This document shows positions 1 through 13,420 of a stretch of DNA of 19,776 nt, piece by piece (positions within the stretch are counted from its first letter, which is position 1; each line of letters starts with the position of its first letter). A program made the translations under genes and the position numbers. Below the pieces are notes generated by a model that saw only the letters and a program-made list of their open reading frames with translations, was not told the DNA's origin and did not search any database. The stretch comes from Tubiluchus corallicola (lineage: Eukaryota; Animalia; Priapulida). The DNA is taken from assembly GCA_030141605.1 (NCBI GenBank), contig JAQGDQ010001946.1, forward strand, positions 1 to 19,776. Reading direction: 5' to 3'.

Positions 1-43
1 GTTTTAGCAGGTAAACGGAGAGGTGTATTTCCCATCGCAGCAC
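1..43 (-). CDS. Candidate second coding exon (partial, runs off the window) of a putative secreted protein
   Basis: Minus strand reads ...cttcatgctgtttgtttctacggaacAG|GTGCTGCG..., a pyrimidine-rich acceptor with AG at 45-44. Joined in phase 1 to the 2223-2295 exon it gives (G)AAMGNTPLRLPAK with no stop. Only 43 nt are visible, so an open frame is weak evidence. Confidence 0.4.
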   Translation of the reverse strand, partial: MLRWEIHLSVYLLK

Positions 44-296
44 CTGTTCCGTAGAAACAAACAGCATGAAGTACACAGAACAAGTTTACTGGCCAGTTAA
101 CTTTAACAAATGTATGTCTGACTTTATAAAGTTTGCATTATCCCGGTAGTGAACTCGGAATACTTGGTCTCCGAAATACGAGGGAACGAATCGACCAGGG
201 GCGCCACCAATCGGACCCCCCGGTCCTCCCACCCAGGATCGTCACAATACATTTGACGGAAAATAACAGTGCACAGATTTTCTTTAGTTGACGAAC

Positions 297-2092
<1,796 letters not shown>

Positions 2093-2222
2093 CATTTTCA
2101 ATTCAATGTTTTTAAAATACCGATTTTTTTCTGATATCTGCAATTAGACCTTTGCTATGATCACAATAAAGCATTTAGCAGAGCATAAGTGAAAATGTAT
2201 AAAACTTGAAAAATCCACTTAC

Positions 2223-2295
2223 CATTTACCACATCCACACAGTTGTTTAACAACGTGGCGACAAGCAACCAAACAATCAACGTTTTACTGTTCAT
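2223..2295 (-). CDS. Putative first coding exon encoding a signal peptide (MNSKTLIVWLLVATLLNNCVDVVN-G)
   Basis: ATG at 2295-2293 in A-rich context (ACAAAAATGA). The peptide has a basic n-region (K), a hydrophobic core LIVWLLVATLL and a V-N-G candidate cleavage motif. It ends at a consensus donor G|GTAAGT (GT at 2222-2221) in phase 1, the common arrangement for metazoan signal-peptide exons. Confidence 0.65.
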
Positions 2296-2479
2296 TTTTG
2301 TTCTTATAGAGAGATCGTCACACAACGTCTGAAACATATGTGTTTGATCCACCTGCTGACTGGTTGTTAAATACTAGAGAGAAACCAGCATATAATATAC
2401 TAACATACCAGCTTAATAATAATGCTAAGAACTCTTTAAAAGCTTATTGAACCATCCAGGTGGCTTCCAGATCCATAAT

Positions 2480-2658
2480 GCATCTACAACATTTGGGATA
2501 GACCTGATGGTACTTTTAACTTCATTAAGGAATAGCTCTTAAAGTGCAACTAGAACATTTTAGGTACAACTGATGGTACTTTTAATTCATTAAAGAATAG
2601 CTCTTAGAGTGCAACTAGAACATTTTAGGTACATCTGATGGTACTTTTAACTTAATTA
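2480..2658. repeat. 65-66-bp tandem repeat, ~2.7 copies
   Basis: CTGATGGTACTTTTAA recurs at 2504, 2570 and 2635, with shared GAATAGCTCTTA-AGTGCAACTAGAACATTTTAGGTACA between them. Confidence 0.9.
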
Positions 2659-3013
2659 GCCTCAGAACCAGAAAAGATCGTCCCTTATAACCTAAGTTGA
2701 GTCAGACCGAGGGTGTATCTAGACCTGTACCCATATTTTTATGGGTTATTGTTACACATTCAGTGCAAACGGTATGTAGGAAGCTCCTTCAGTGATGCGA
2801 GGTGTATGTGACAGCGGAAACCGAGCCGTTCGAAGACCGGGTTTGCGAAAAATTGAGGTTAAAATTTGATCAATTTCGCTTTGATCATAGGGCCCCTTAT
2901 ATGCGAGGTAATTTACCTGGGTTTCCATTATGCGGGACCTGAAGATATATACCTTCCACTGGATACCTTCCTTCTACGGGACCAGAAGATAAATAGTACA
3001 CAGTGAGCTCTGA

Positions 3014-3050
3014 AGGCAGTCACCCATCCACATTAATGTTGCTTAACTTC
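3014..3050 (-). mobile_element. 5S rRNA-like fragment (possible 5S-derived SINE head or pseudogene), internally deleted
   Basis: Minus strand GAAGTTAAGCAAC-attaatg-TGGATGGGTGACTGCCT resembles 5S box A and box C with the intervening segment shortened. Confidence 0.55.
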
Positions 3051-3303
3051 AGCTAGGCGTGACTACTCGGCTATATACACTGCCATGAATTACAGCTACT
3101 TCCATTTCTCACTTGTCTATCCTTTCTTAAAACTTTAATTCATTAGAAACAAAACAAATTTAAAGTATTAGCAGTTTTCAAATTTTTATTATAAAATCGA
3201 TTTACTAATGGAAGGTACACGACACTACAAGCCAAAAAACTACATTACGACTAATAGATCGTTTATACAAACAGACCAGCTGGTACAAATGCTGTGTACG
3301 TGT

Positions 3304-3617
3304 AAGGGATGTGCAAATTGGTTGTAGCTTGATAACACTGTACTACACAAACTGTGTGATACACATTACTAATATGCATAGTAATGAAATTACCACTATC
3401 TGTCCTGAAAGTAGAAATATATGTTTTGTAATATACATTTTAATAACTTCTAAAATAGTTTCTTGAGTGTAGTAGTAATGATGTACGCAGGTCGGGTGCA
3501 AAAACATCATTATTAGGCCTTTCTGTACTTGGCTCCTTGATCAAACTGCCTGTGGCCCGCAGGAATTGCGGAAAAGTTTAATGTGGCCCGGCTAGTCAGA
3601 TAATTTGCACATCCCTG
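3304..3617. mobile_element. hAT-like MITE (~314 bp)
   Basis: 16-bp inverted termini aAGGGATGTGCAAATT (3304-3319) and AATTTGCACATCCCTG (3602-3617), 15/16 match. Subterminal TGTGGCCCG occurs twice, as in Charlie-type elements. No 8-bp TSD is recognisable. Confidence 0.7.
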
Positions 3618-3619
3618 CA

Positions 3620-4246
3620 GTACACAATAAATTTGGAAATAAGTCTATATCAATACAAGCCATACATTTATGGAACTTACTACCCAGTGAAATAAAACAA
3701 ATAGAATCTCTCCGCCACTTTAAAAAGAAATTAAAAGAATATCAATAGAATAGGTTTCAACATCCAGATTATGCTTCAGATACTAATTACAGAGACTCAA
3801 CTTTCATCTACCCCCGCCCCTGACTCCATAAAACGATTAAGAATGTAAAATTTAAAAAAAATGTAATGTAATATGTGTTATGTTAGTTTTTTTAATGTCA
3901 AATTTATAAATAGTGTAAATGTAATGAGTGAAATTTATGTAATGTAAAGCATGTTTCTGTTAATTGTGTCATGTCAAATGGATATATAGTGTAAAATATG
4001 TCAGGTAAAATTTAATGTACTTTTGTAATATTGTTTTGTAAAAATATTTTAATATGGTGTTTGTAAATATGTCCATTTATCGTATATAATTAGACCTTAG
4101 TTTTGCACTCTAATTTTTTTAGTATGCACAGGACGCATTTGTCTTGAACAGTGTTGTTATCTTAACATTACGCTGAGGCTTACTCAATTTTAGTATAATG
4201 AGTGAACCATTTTTATGACAAATAAAGAATTAATAATAAAAAAAAA
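3620..4246 (+). mobile_element. 5'-truncated LINE 3' end (CR1-group; Crack/Daphne/L2-like)
   Basis: 3620-3748 translates to VHNKFGNKSISIQAIHLWNLLPSEIKQIESLRHFKKKLKEYQ*, with the WNxLP...FKKKLK ORF2 C-terminal pattern. It is followed by a ~470-bp AT-rich 3' UTR, AATAAA at 4221 and a TAA/A tail to 4246. Confidence 0.8.
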
Positions 4247-5269
4247 TATTGGTAGGAATTTTAATACTGCGTTTTATTCAAAAGCTTTTTGCATGCTATT
4301 TTCAGAGAAATTCGTTTAATCTCGTTTTACTGTGAGTAATAAGACAGTTACTTTGGAAATAATAGGCAAATTCTATCAATCGCTCAGCACAATCCGTCGA
4401 GTTTTAAAGGAACGTCAAGCCTTCTAGTGGGTTAGACTTATTTAAATGATCGTGTGATAGACAAAATGTTAGAAGGATTTAGTAATAAACGTGTGATAAG
4501 TGCCTCGTGTAATTAGTAAAATCACTTTACAGTCACGATCACTTCATGCTTGGGTGCCCACTTCTTTAAGATGTTTTTTCCAAATACTCAACAATTTTTG
4601 TCTTTAGTTTCGCTTCATCAAAAGGCTCTGTGGAAGCTTCATACAGTTTCTTTAGGAATTCCAGGTTCCCTAATTCATGGATTCAGTTCCATTCTTTTAC
4701 AACAAATCTTTTTCTGTATTTTAATTGAATTTATTTATCAATATTTTATTTTCTGTGGTGAAGACCATGACGTAAAAAGGTTTATTCCTTTATTGTTTTG
4801 CTGCCATCTACCGAGCACTTTATACCTCGACGTGGCTATTTTTCAGTCATGATTATCTAACATTGTTCAGGCATTTTTTTCTTGTTTAAAATGGCAAAGT
4901 TTTACCGTCATAACTGTAAAACTGCTGAAGCTATTAACTTGCAGCTTCCGCAACTAAAAGCCAATGAACAGCAGTATAAAGTCGTCAAATTTTGACTTTG
5001 CAAAGTGCTTATTTCAGACATTACTGTAGTCTAAATTTCGGCATATTTTCCCCCACCCGATATAAATAAATGAGCTGCGTGTGCTTTTGTCTAGGCAGTA
5101 GTAGTAGTATTCTATTGACTACAGTCCACCATTGTACAGATACACATAATACACTAAGTCAAGCGTACATAAAACAATTTGATCTTTTTGCTACTCTGTC
5201 TGCCTTAGCTGCGATATCGCTAGTCACAGTTACACTGTTATGCTAATAAAGCAAATATATTACCCTGAT

Positions 5270-5455
5270 TCTGGTGTGCCACAAGGCATAACTCTTGCTC
5301 CCTATCTGTTTACAATCTTATTTTACGAACAACGCTGATTTCTCCTTGGTTCTGCAGCACGGACTTAAGTGTTGAACATTATGTTTGTCTGGACAGGTGT
5401 ACCACAAGGCGCAATTATTGGTCCATGCCTGTTTAGGGCTTATCTTAAGGATACT
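5270..5455 (+). pseudogene. Two degenerate non-LTR reverse-transcriptase GVPQG motif fragments
   Basis: SGVPQGITLAPYLF from 5270 and TGVPQGAIIGPCLFRAYLKD from 5393. Same frame, 123 nt apart, separated by stops. Both resemble the GVPQGSxLGPxLF RT motif. Confidence 0.6.
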
Positions 5456-6703
5456 GATTGTCACTCATAAACACAGAAATTGCACAGGCTGAAAGGTCAC
5501 AGTTGTTAATGCTTAGCTTGCATTAAGAGTTCTTGTCGTTGCAGTGCAAATCATCTTAAGTAACGAGTATCTTAAATACCTGCTAATTTTTCCAGCAAAA
5601 TGCTCACGCGTGATTTCGCTAAATGTTGTCGCGAACGTCGCTTTAATTCTACGTTTGCTATTAAATTAATATAATTTTGATGTAAGTAATTTTGACTACA
5701 GAAAATACGGAAAAATGGGGGAGCCGTTAGGAATGACTGAACAAAGGACGATGACGCCATCGTCAGATTAATCTCAGAAACGAAAAAAAGGAAATCCGAA
5801 TCTTATTTAAATCGTTTTTAGCTTGAAATTAAGATCGTGCTCTTCTGAGATTTGCCATGGCGATAATCGTTAAAGCAGAAGTTAGAATGCACATACATCT
5901 CAAAAATTCATCAATGTATTATATTCTGTGAAATATAATAGATTGAAGTGTAATGTTTTTTCTGTGCTGTAATTGTCATAAAATCGTGTACGTCTGTACC
6001 TATTGTGAAGTCAAACTATAAAAAGCTAAAATTACCTTGCTGTGATAAAATAAAGGTTTGATTGCAGCCATGACTTAAAATTTAATTAACTTCCTTTTTA
6101 AATTTGTCTTTTTACATGGAGCTTAAATTTGTCGAAATACTAAAACACGATTTGAAATACAACATTTCGCTAAGCGTTATAACTCGTTCTGACTACTGCA
6201 CATAAAAACGATTTATAGTCATAAAATAAGAAGTGAAAATGCCCATAAATCTCAAAAAATTCTTTATTTCTGTTCAGGAGCTTTCATCCTCTCAGGCTTC
6301 ATGAGATGCACAAAAAGATACAATAATAAAAAATTACAGATGAATCCACATATAAAATAAAGATGGTCAATGTCAGTAAAATGAAGGGTACAGTTTTTAA
6401 TTCAGCCTCTTCATGCTTTTAGTACCCTTTAATTTACCAGTAACCGTTTTAACAGCTAGCTAGAACCATACCTAGTTCATTTTTTCTTGTTTGCAAGCAA
6501 GATCCTAATAGCAAATCACTACAAACACAGACTAATGCATGATTAAGTAAAGTCCAAGTAAAACAGCTGAAGTTACTGAACTGATATGGCAGTTGCTTTG
6601 CTTTACCCACATGTCACGAGACGGTTGTAGTTAAGACGCGTTGCTGTGGTACAGTTAGCCTATGACCTACAGGAACTGTACGTGCGCAAAACGAAATAGT
6701 TAA

Positions 6704-7130
6704 AGGACAAGAAAAGGCCTAGTTAAAGCAAGTCTCAGAATTTTCGCTAAATAATTATAACGGTTAGAAGCAATCTTAAGCGTTTATCATACTTGCGTTA
6801 AAAGAATTTCCTGTTTGTTTTCATTTTAAATTCTCCCGCGAAACTGTCATGGCGGCGCCAAAAATCTTTATAGTACACGTGCTCACAACTCAGTGCGACT
6901 GTGTTCGAGTGACGTCATGCCACGTGTTCAGTCACGTGCTGGCTTTTCAATTGGCGGACTAAATGAAACATGTCTGCGCCAACGTTTACTGCAGCGGTTG
7001 AAATATTTTACAAAAATTGGAGTAAATGCGAAAACGTGAGTACTTTATTCGCTTAAGATTATACTTAGGTGATATAATTTTTTATTGCGAATTTTCTGAG
7101 GCTTACTTTGGTTGGCCATTTTCTCGTCCT
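6704..7130. mobile_element. Kolobok/T2-like MITE (427 bp) flanked by TTAA
   Basis: TTAA (6700-6703)|AGGACAAGAAAA ... TTTTCTCGTCCT|TTAA (7131-7134). The imperfect inverted arms align for ~80 bp (…CTCAGAA..TTCGC… and …AATCTTAAGCG on both arms). AGG/CCT termini plus TTAA match T2/Kolobok structure. Confidence 0.8.
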
Positions 7131-7165
7131 TTAAAAGGCTTACATTGTAAATTTGATTTTATCCG

Positions 7166-7598
7166 TTTATTTTATTTTATTTATTTTATTCACGCCCAAT
7201 AGTAAAATACAATCTACAATAAAAACGTTGGCAAAAAACATACAAATAAAATATTTACAAGAGTGTGGCAAAGACACAAAGAGATTAATTGCTTACACGT
7301 GTCTATTGTGTACAAGGAATTTATGCAAGTTAACTTTATTTAAGCCTCTTTTAAATAACTTAATATTTTGTGCATTTACGAGGGGTGGAGAAATTTTATG
7401 GCAGAAACTCGTGCACAAACCGTTTTTATGTGGTACTTGCAAAGTTTCCTTTAGGATCCTAATTTGACATTAATTATTGTTTACACACAGTGTAGCTTGG
7501 CCATTAAAATCCTTGTGACGTTCAATATGTGCAGCTTCAAACCACGCAGATTCGTGATAAATAAATGTTGCCTTTCCCAAGAAGCGATATAGTCATCG
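7166..7598 (-). mobile_element. Decayed LINE 3' end (CR1-like)
   Basis: Minus strand 7388-7293 translates to PPLVNAQNIKLFKRGLNKVNLHKFLVHNRHV*, resembling a CR1 ORF2 C-terminus. ITNLRGLKL upstream resembles the RGHxxKL motif. (AATAA)n-type tail at 7190-7166. Confidence 0.55.
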
Positions 7599-7630
7599 TG
7601 GGGGCGTAGCCAGGTTCTAAATGTATGGGG

Positions 7631-7695
7631 ATGATGATGATGATGACGACGATGATGATGATTATTATGCTGATGGTGATGATGAAGATGACGAC

Positions 7696-7730
<35 letters not shown>

Positions 7731-7807
7731 CGATGAAGAAGAAGAAGAAGACGACGATGATGATGATGATGATGATGATGAAGAAGAAGAAGAAGAAGAA
7801 GAAGAAA

Positions 7808-7842
<35 letters not shown>

Positions 7843-7879
7843 GAAGAAGAAGAAGATGAAGAAGAAGAAGAAGAAAATA

Positions 7880-7931
<52 letters not shown>

Positions 7932-7948
7932 CGATGATGATGATGATG
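7631..7948. repeat. Compound (GAT)n/(GAA)n microsatellite; probable expanded LINE tail
   Basis: Pure trinucleotide blocks. On the minus strand the (CAT)n starts a few nt after AATAAA (7958-7953). Confidence 0.95.
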
Positions 7949-8595
7949 AGCCTTTATTAGCCTCTTCTTGCAGGAAAACATTTCTGTACAAAGAATGTAC
8001 AATTTTACATAGACACTAGACAGAGTAAATTCTACATTATTACTTGTTACTCACTGTGTAATTAGCTTTTTTTAATTTGTGCAAATTATTACAGGGTTAC
8101 AATAAATCTGTAATAATAATAACTCTGTAACAAACCTGTTAATTAACATTGATTACAGGGATGTTAAACAGGAAGTATTAGCGCTAAAATCAAGATTATT
8201 AATGAAGCAAGCATCCTGTCTAGTAACATAAAAATGCAGATAAATTAATATACTAAATGTTTAAATTCCAAATTCAATATTTAAATCCACAAAACTTTAC
8301 AATCAGTATTCACAAGAACGACACAATTTTAATCAATATTTTACTAAAAATTAGCAGCAAAACCTTAAAATAAAAGAGTCCTTTACAAAGTAGGGTAGTG
8401 CCTTTATTAAATTTTCATTTTTTTGGTGTCATAGACAAGATTTAAGTTCTCATTTCGCAGTTCGTTTAGTAGTACATTTCGCTTGTTTGCGTCGACTCGA
8501 GGACATCGGTATATCAAATGTTCTGGATTCTGGGCTTCCATACTGCATTCACAAAGTTCATCTCTAGCAAATCTCATACGACTCGTCAACTCATT
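7631..8595 (-). mobile_element. 5'-truncated non-LTR retrotransposon with C-terminal CCHC knuckle (I-group/R1-like; clade unresolved)
   Basis: ORF 8607-8407 contains CECSMEAQNPEHLIYRCP (C-x-C-x8-H-x4-C), the ORF2 C-terminal zinc-knuckle pattern. It is followed by an AT-rich 3' UTR, AATAAA and a (CAT)n tail. Confidence 0.7.
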
Positions 8596-9284
8596 AGGGG
8601 GAGCCACATAAAAATGGCGCCGTTAGTCATGTGTAACAATTTTTAACACTTTCATTATACATTTTAATTTTGTGTTTAAAATCGAAACACGAGGAAGATT
8701 AAGTTTTCAAGAAAGGACATAATTTTGATTTTGCATGTAAAATTAAAACACAATAGAATGTTTTTCAGTAAACTCTTAGATTTCAATCGTAATAAAAACA
8801 CGCCTGTTATGTTACTACTTTAATTTTTAACGTAAAATGACAACAAAATGAAGCAAAAACATATCATGAAGGAACTACAACGATTCTTTCTCTCGATTCT
8901 CAAGTTCTTTCATCTTCTTTCTCTCCCACCCACATACTTTCTTCTTTTTCTTAGTGTTGAAAAGGTGCCAATTTTATGTTCATGGAGAGCGGCGGTTGCT
9001 CCTCATGCTCTCTTATTACCTACCCCACTGAGTTATCAAACTCCACGCATGCGCAATGAAAAGAATATTGATAGCATGTAAATTGTCGACAAATTTAGAT
9101 AAATCAAGCATGACTATCAACGGATAGCGGCACACACAAATAACAATCTAAATCGATTTGTTGTACGCTGAGTGTCACAGGATGTAGAATCATGGCTTTC
9201 TCTCGACTAAGTCTGCATCACTTATTAATTGAAACCGGTGGATAGGATGCTGAAGATAGAAACCAGACTAAGCACAGAGATGTA

Positions 9285-9335
9285 TTAACCCTTATAGGGT
9301 CACGGGGGGGGGGGGGGTAAAAAATCACCCCCAGA
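9285..9335 (+). mobile_element. piggyBac-like left terminus (partner end uncertain)
   Basis: TTAA|CCCT followed by a G run (9304-9317) and ATCACCCCC. The only candidate right end is AATAGG|TTAA at ~10869-10878, a weak match. Confidence 0.3.
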
Positions 9336-9467
9336 CTGGTTTTTTGCAGTTTACCCTTTTACCATATACCCATCCAAGTAAACCTTTTCTATGACTTTTT
9401 CTATATATGTTTTATGCACAAAATACTTTCAGTTATTTTTTTTTAGGCGCATTGTCATTAGGCACTA

Positions 9468-10791
<1,324 letters not shown>

Positions 10792-11860
10792 TATGTCCAT
10801 TTTCAAGTCCGTTAAAATATAAGTTTTAACACTTATAATAATGCCAAAGCGTTTCTGATAATTTTGACAATAGGTTAAAGTTTAGTTAATGACAGGCGAG
10901 TTCAACTAGTCATGACATCACAACTGAACATAATTTTCAACAGCACAAAGAGGGGGTTTAACGTATTTATAAAAGCGAAAATTGAAGCACAGTGCTACAC
11001 TGTGATATACGAAAACTCGGCAAATTTTAAGTTTCAAACTCAAATTTAAGTTTGCCATTATTCTCACGCACGGCTCTACTACGTCACAACCGAACACCGC
11101 CGAATCGACAGGTACCGCGCCATTTTTTGTGCAACACGAGATGCAGGCGCAATTGCCAAACTAACTAACGAATGACGAAACGCATGTAACTGCGAAGTAG
11201 CCCTGCGAACGCAAAAGCACGTTTGTGTGATAATAGTTATTTCACGTATGCCATTCTTGAAAAAATAGTATGTTCTTTTTAAATGTTTTACAGCGTAGAT
11301 ATTCTCAGCTATAGTTTAAGAATGGATAGTTTAAGATTAGATTTTGTTTTCCTTTAAACCTTAATGGCTGACGTGTCTCCCACAACCCACTCGGCGCTCA
11401 TTTTTCGGTAGTAGGTGGAAAACTAGCAAACGTCAGTCAGAATAATTTCGCAATTCGCTATAATTAAATCGCCTACAACGTTGAGAGAATTCATTAACGA
11501 ACTCTTAAGGCAAACAAATAACGCTGGTACCCAAAATACATATGAAACCCACATAAAGCCATATGAAAAGCCAATAAATGAGCAGTCAGATTTCGTGATA
11601 TACCTTGAAGTAAAATAAAACTAAACACAAGAAATAGATTAAGGACATCAGGACAAAATGGCGTAATCTCTAGATTATGTCTACGTAACTGAAAATGCAA
11701 TTAACGGGACAGCAAGATGCTTTTCATCGCTGAGCTGAACCTTCTGTAAACTTCTGTTATTCTAATTAAGATAAACGCGAAAATTATACAAAGACAGGCA
11801 AGTAAACAGTTCAATTCGTATGCGATTCAACGAGAGTTTCAAGTGAAAGTGAAGATTTTT

Positions 11861-12254
11861 GCCATACGAGACGAATTTTTGCCATACAAATCTCGTTTTT
11901 GGCATACAAAACGAGTTTATGCCACACAAAACGAGTTAATGCCATACAAAACGAGTTTTTGCCATACAAAACGAGTTTATGCCACACAAAACAAGTTTAT
12001 GCCATACAAAACGAGTTTGTGCCATACAAAACGAGTTTATGCCATACAAAACGAGTTTTTGCCATACAAAACGAGTTTATGCCATACAAAACGAGTTTTT
12101 GCCATACAAAACAATTTTATGCCATACAAAACGAGTTTATGCTATACAAAACGAGTTTTTGCTATACAAAACGAGTTTATGCCATACAAAACGAGTTTTT
12201 GCCATACAAAACAATTTTATGCCATACAAAACGAGTTTTTGCCATACAAAACGA
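11861..12254. repeat. 20-bp minisatellite, ~19.7 copies
   Basis: Consensus GCCATACAAAACGAGTTT(A/T)T, in exact 20-bp register with no indels. Confidence 0.98.
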
Positions 12255-12299
12255 CGACACTCACTTGCTTGAAAGAGATATGTAGCAAGAAAAGAAAAG

Positions 12300-12550
12300 T
12301 CATTCATCCATTCATTCATTTCCGTCAGTCGGTCAATCACAGTCGGTCAGCCAGTCAGTCAGTCAGTCAGTCAAATAGTAGTCAGTCAGTCAGTCAGCCC
12401 AACAACCAGTCAATCAAGCAGTCAAGCAATTAGTCAGTCAGTCAACAAGTATGTCAATGAGTCAGTCCGTTAGTCAATCTGTTGGTCGGTGGGTTAGTTC
12501 AATCAGCCAATCTTTAGTCAGTTAAACAATCAGTCATTTGTGCAGTCAGA
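12300..12550. repeat. Degenerate (CATT)n then (CAGT)n tetranucleotide repeat
   Basis: tcattcatccattcattcatt followed by cagtcagtcagtc runs that decay rightwards. Confidence 0.85.
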
Positions 12551-12959
12551 GAATTGATTCTAACTTTCAACACCTTTCACATTTGTACAGAATAAACAAC
12601 ATCAGCGGATGTAGTCTAACGTCAACCATAAACCTAATAGCTCCACGACAGGCCATGCCAATGGAAAAATTCTTTCTGTATGAAGAGGATAAAAATACAC
12701 CCCTGTAATGCGTTCTCTCAAGTGGGGCAACAGGCTGCATTTACGAGTATAACATTAATGTTGTTTAGTATCTGTAATGGCTTTGCAAATGAAATCTGAA
12801 GCATAATTATCTCAGGAAATCTGTTGTCAGAGGAAAAACTAATTTCCTGAAACTACCGCTAGGGAGTGTATAATCGTCGTTGGACATTGATTATAATGTG
12901 CTACAATAAATTGATGAGTGTAGGCTGGAAAATAGTTTGTGTTTAGTTTGCGAATGCAA

Positions 12960-12995
12960 GCCCTGGTTAGAACTTGGATGGGTGACTGGCAGGAA
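12960..12995 (+). mobile_element. 5S rRNA-like fragment (intermediate element and box C)
   Basis: GCCCTGGTTAGAACTTGGATGGGTGACTGGCAGGA closely resembles animal 5S GCCTGGTTAGTACTTGGATGGG(T/A)GACCGCCTGGGA. The 5' half of 5S is absent. Confidence 0.65.
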
Positions 12996-13259
12996 AGCTG
13001 CCTCTTGACTGCTTGATCTACTACGTTATCTGAGCAGTTTCTCTTGTTGTGGGAAGATGTATTCTCATACTTGAATGTTATTGAAACACTGATGGTTCAC
13101 TGCCCGGTTTCAAAAGATTATCCTTGTTAGTGCAGAGGTGTCAGTACTGCCACAACTATCAGCTGTTAATGGCTAAACAGGTATTGCTGTTGAGTGATGG
13201 GTCGTGGCTTCGAGGCAGTTTGTGTCTATCATTCCACAGGTCGGCGGGGTGAACAGCTC

Positions 13260-13314
13260 GAGTTAAGTAACGCCGAGGCTGGTCAGTGAATCGATGGTTG
13301 CCTGAGTTCGATAC
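13260..13314 (+). mobile_element. 5S rRNA-like internal control region followed by a tRNA B-box-like motif (possible SINE head)
   Basis: GAGTTAAGTAACGCCGAGGCTGGTCAGTGAATCGATGGTTGCC is colinear with 5S box A, intermediate element and box C. GAGTTCGATAC follows at 13304-13314. Confidence 0.5.
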
Positions 13315-13420
13315 TTGCTCGGGGGAATGATTCATTTGCCATAACTGATTCTGGCTGTTTAACCCGCGTAGAAAGACCGTATGTACAGCCAAATGTGGAT
13401 AAGAACTTTTGTCAGTTGAG

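Larger units (their letters stand above)
7599..9030. mobile_element. hAT-like non-autonomous element interrupted by a LINE insertion
   Basis: Left end tgGGGGCGTAGC (7599-7610). Right end reverse complement CAGTGGGGTAGG (9030-9019). The 8-bp flanks AGTCATCG (7591-7598) and AGTTATCA (9031-9038) match 6/8, both differences being transitions. Confidence 0.55.

Noticed and set aside
196-236. GC-rich patch with GGACC-CCCC-GGTCC hairpin and G runs on the minus strand
   Set aside because: The stem is too short and the G4 pattern non-canonical; no supporting context.
4566-4722. Minus-strand protein-like stretch KYRKRFVVKEWN*IHELGNLEFLKKLYEASTEPFDEAKLKTKIVEYLEKTS*
   Set aside because: It has an internal stop, no clear splice sites and no family I can name. 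It may be TE debris and would need TBLASTX.
11843-12433. 196-aa repetitive ORF
   Set aside because: All three plus frames give the same cyclic peptide from a stop-free 20-bp unit.
12960-13302. Functional 5S rRNA genes
   Set aside because: Only 35-45-nt diverged internal fragments are present, with no full ~120-nt gene or terminator.
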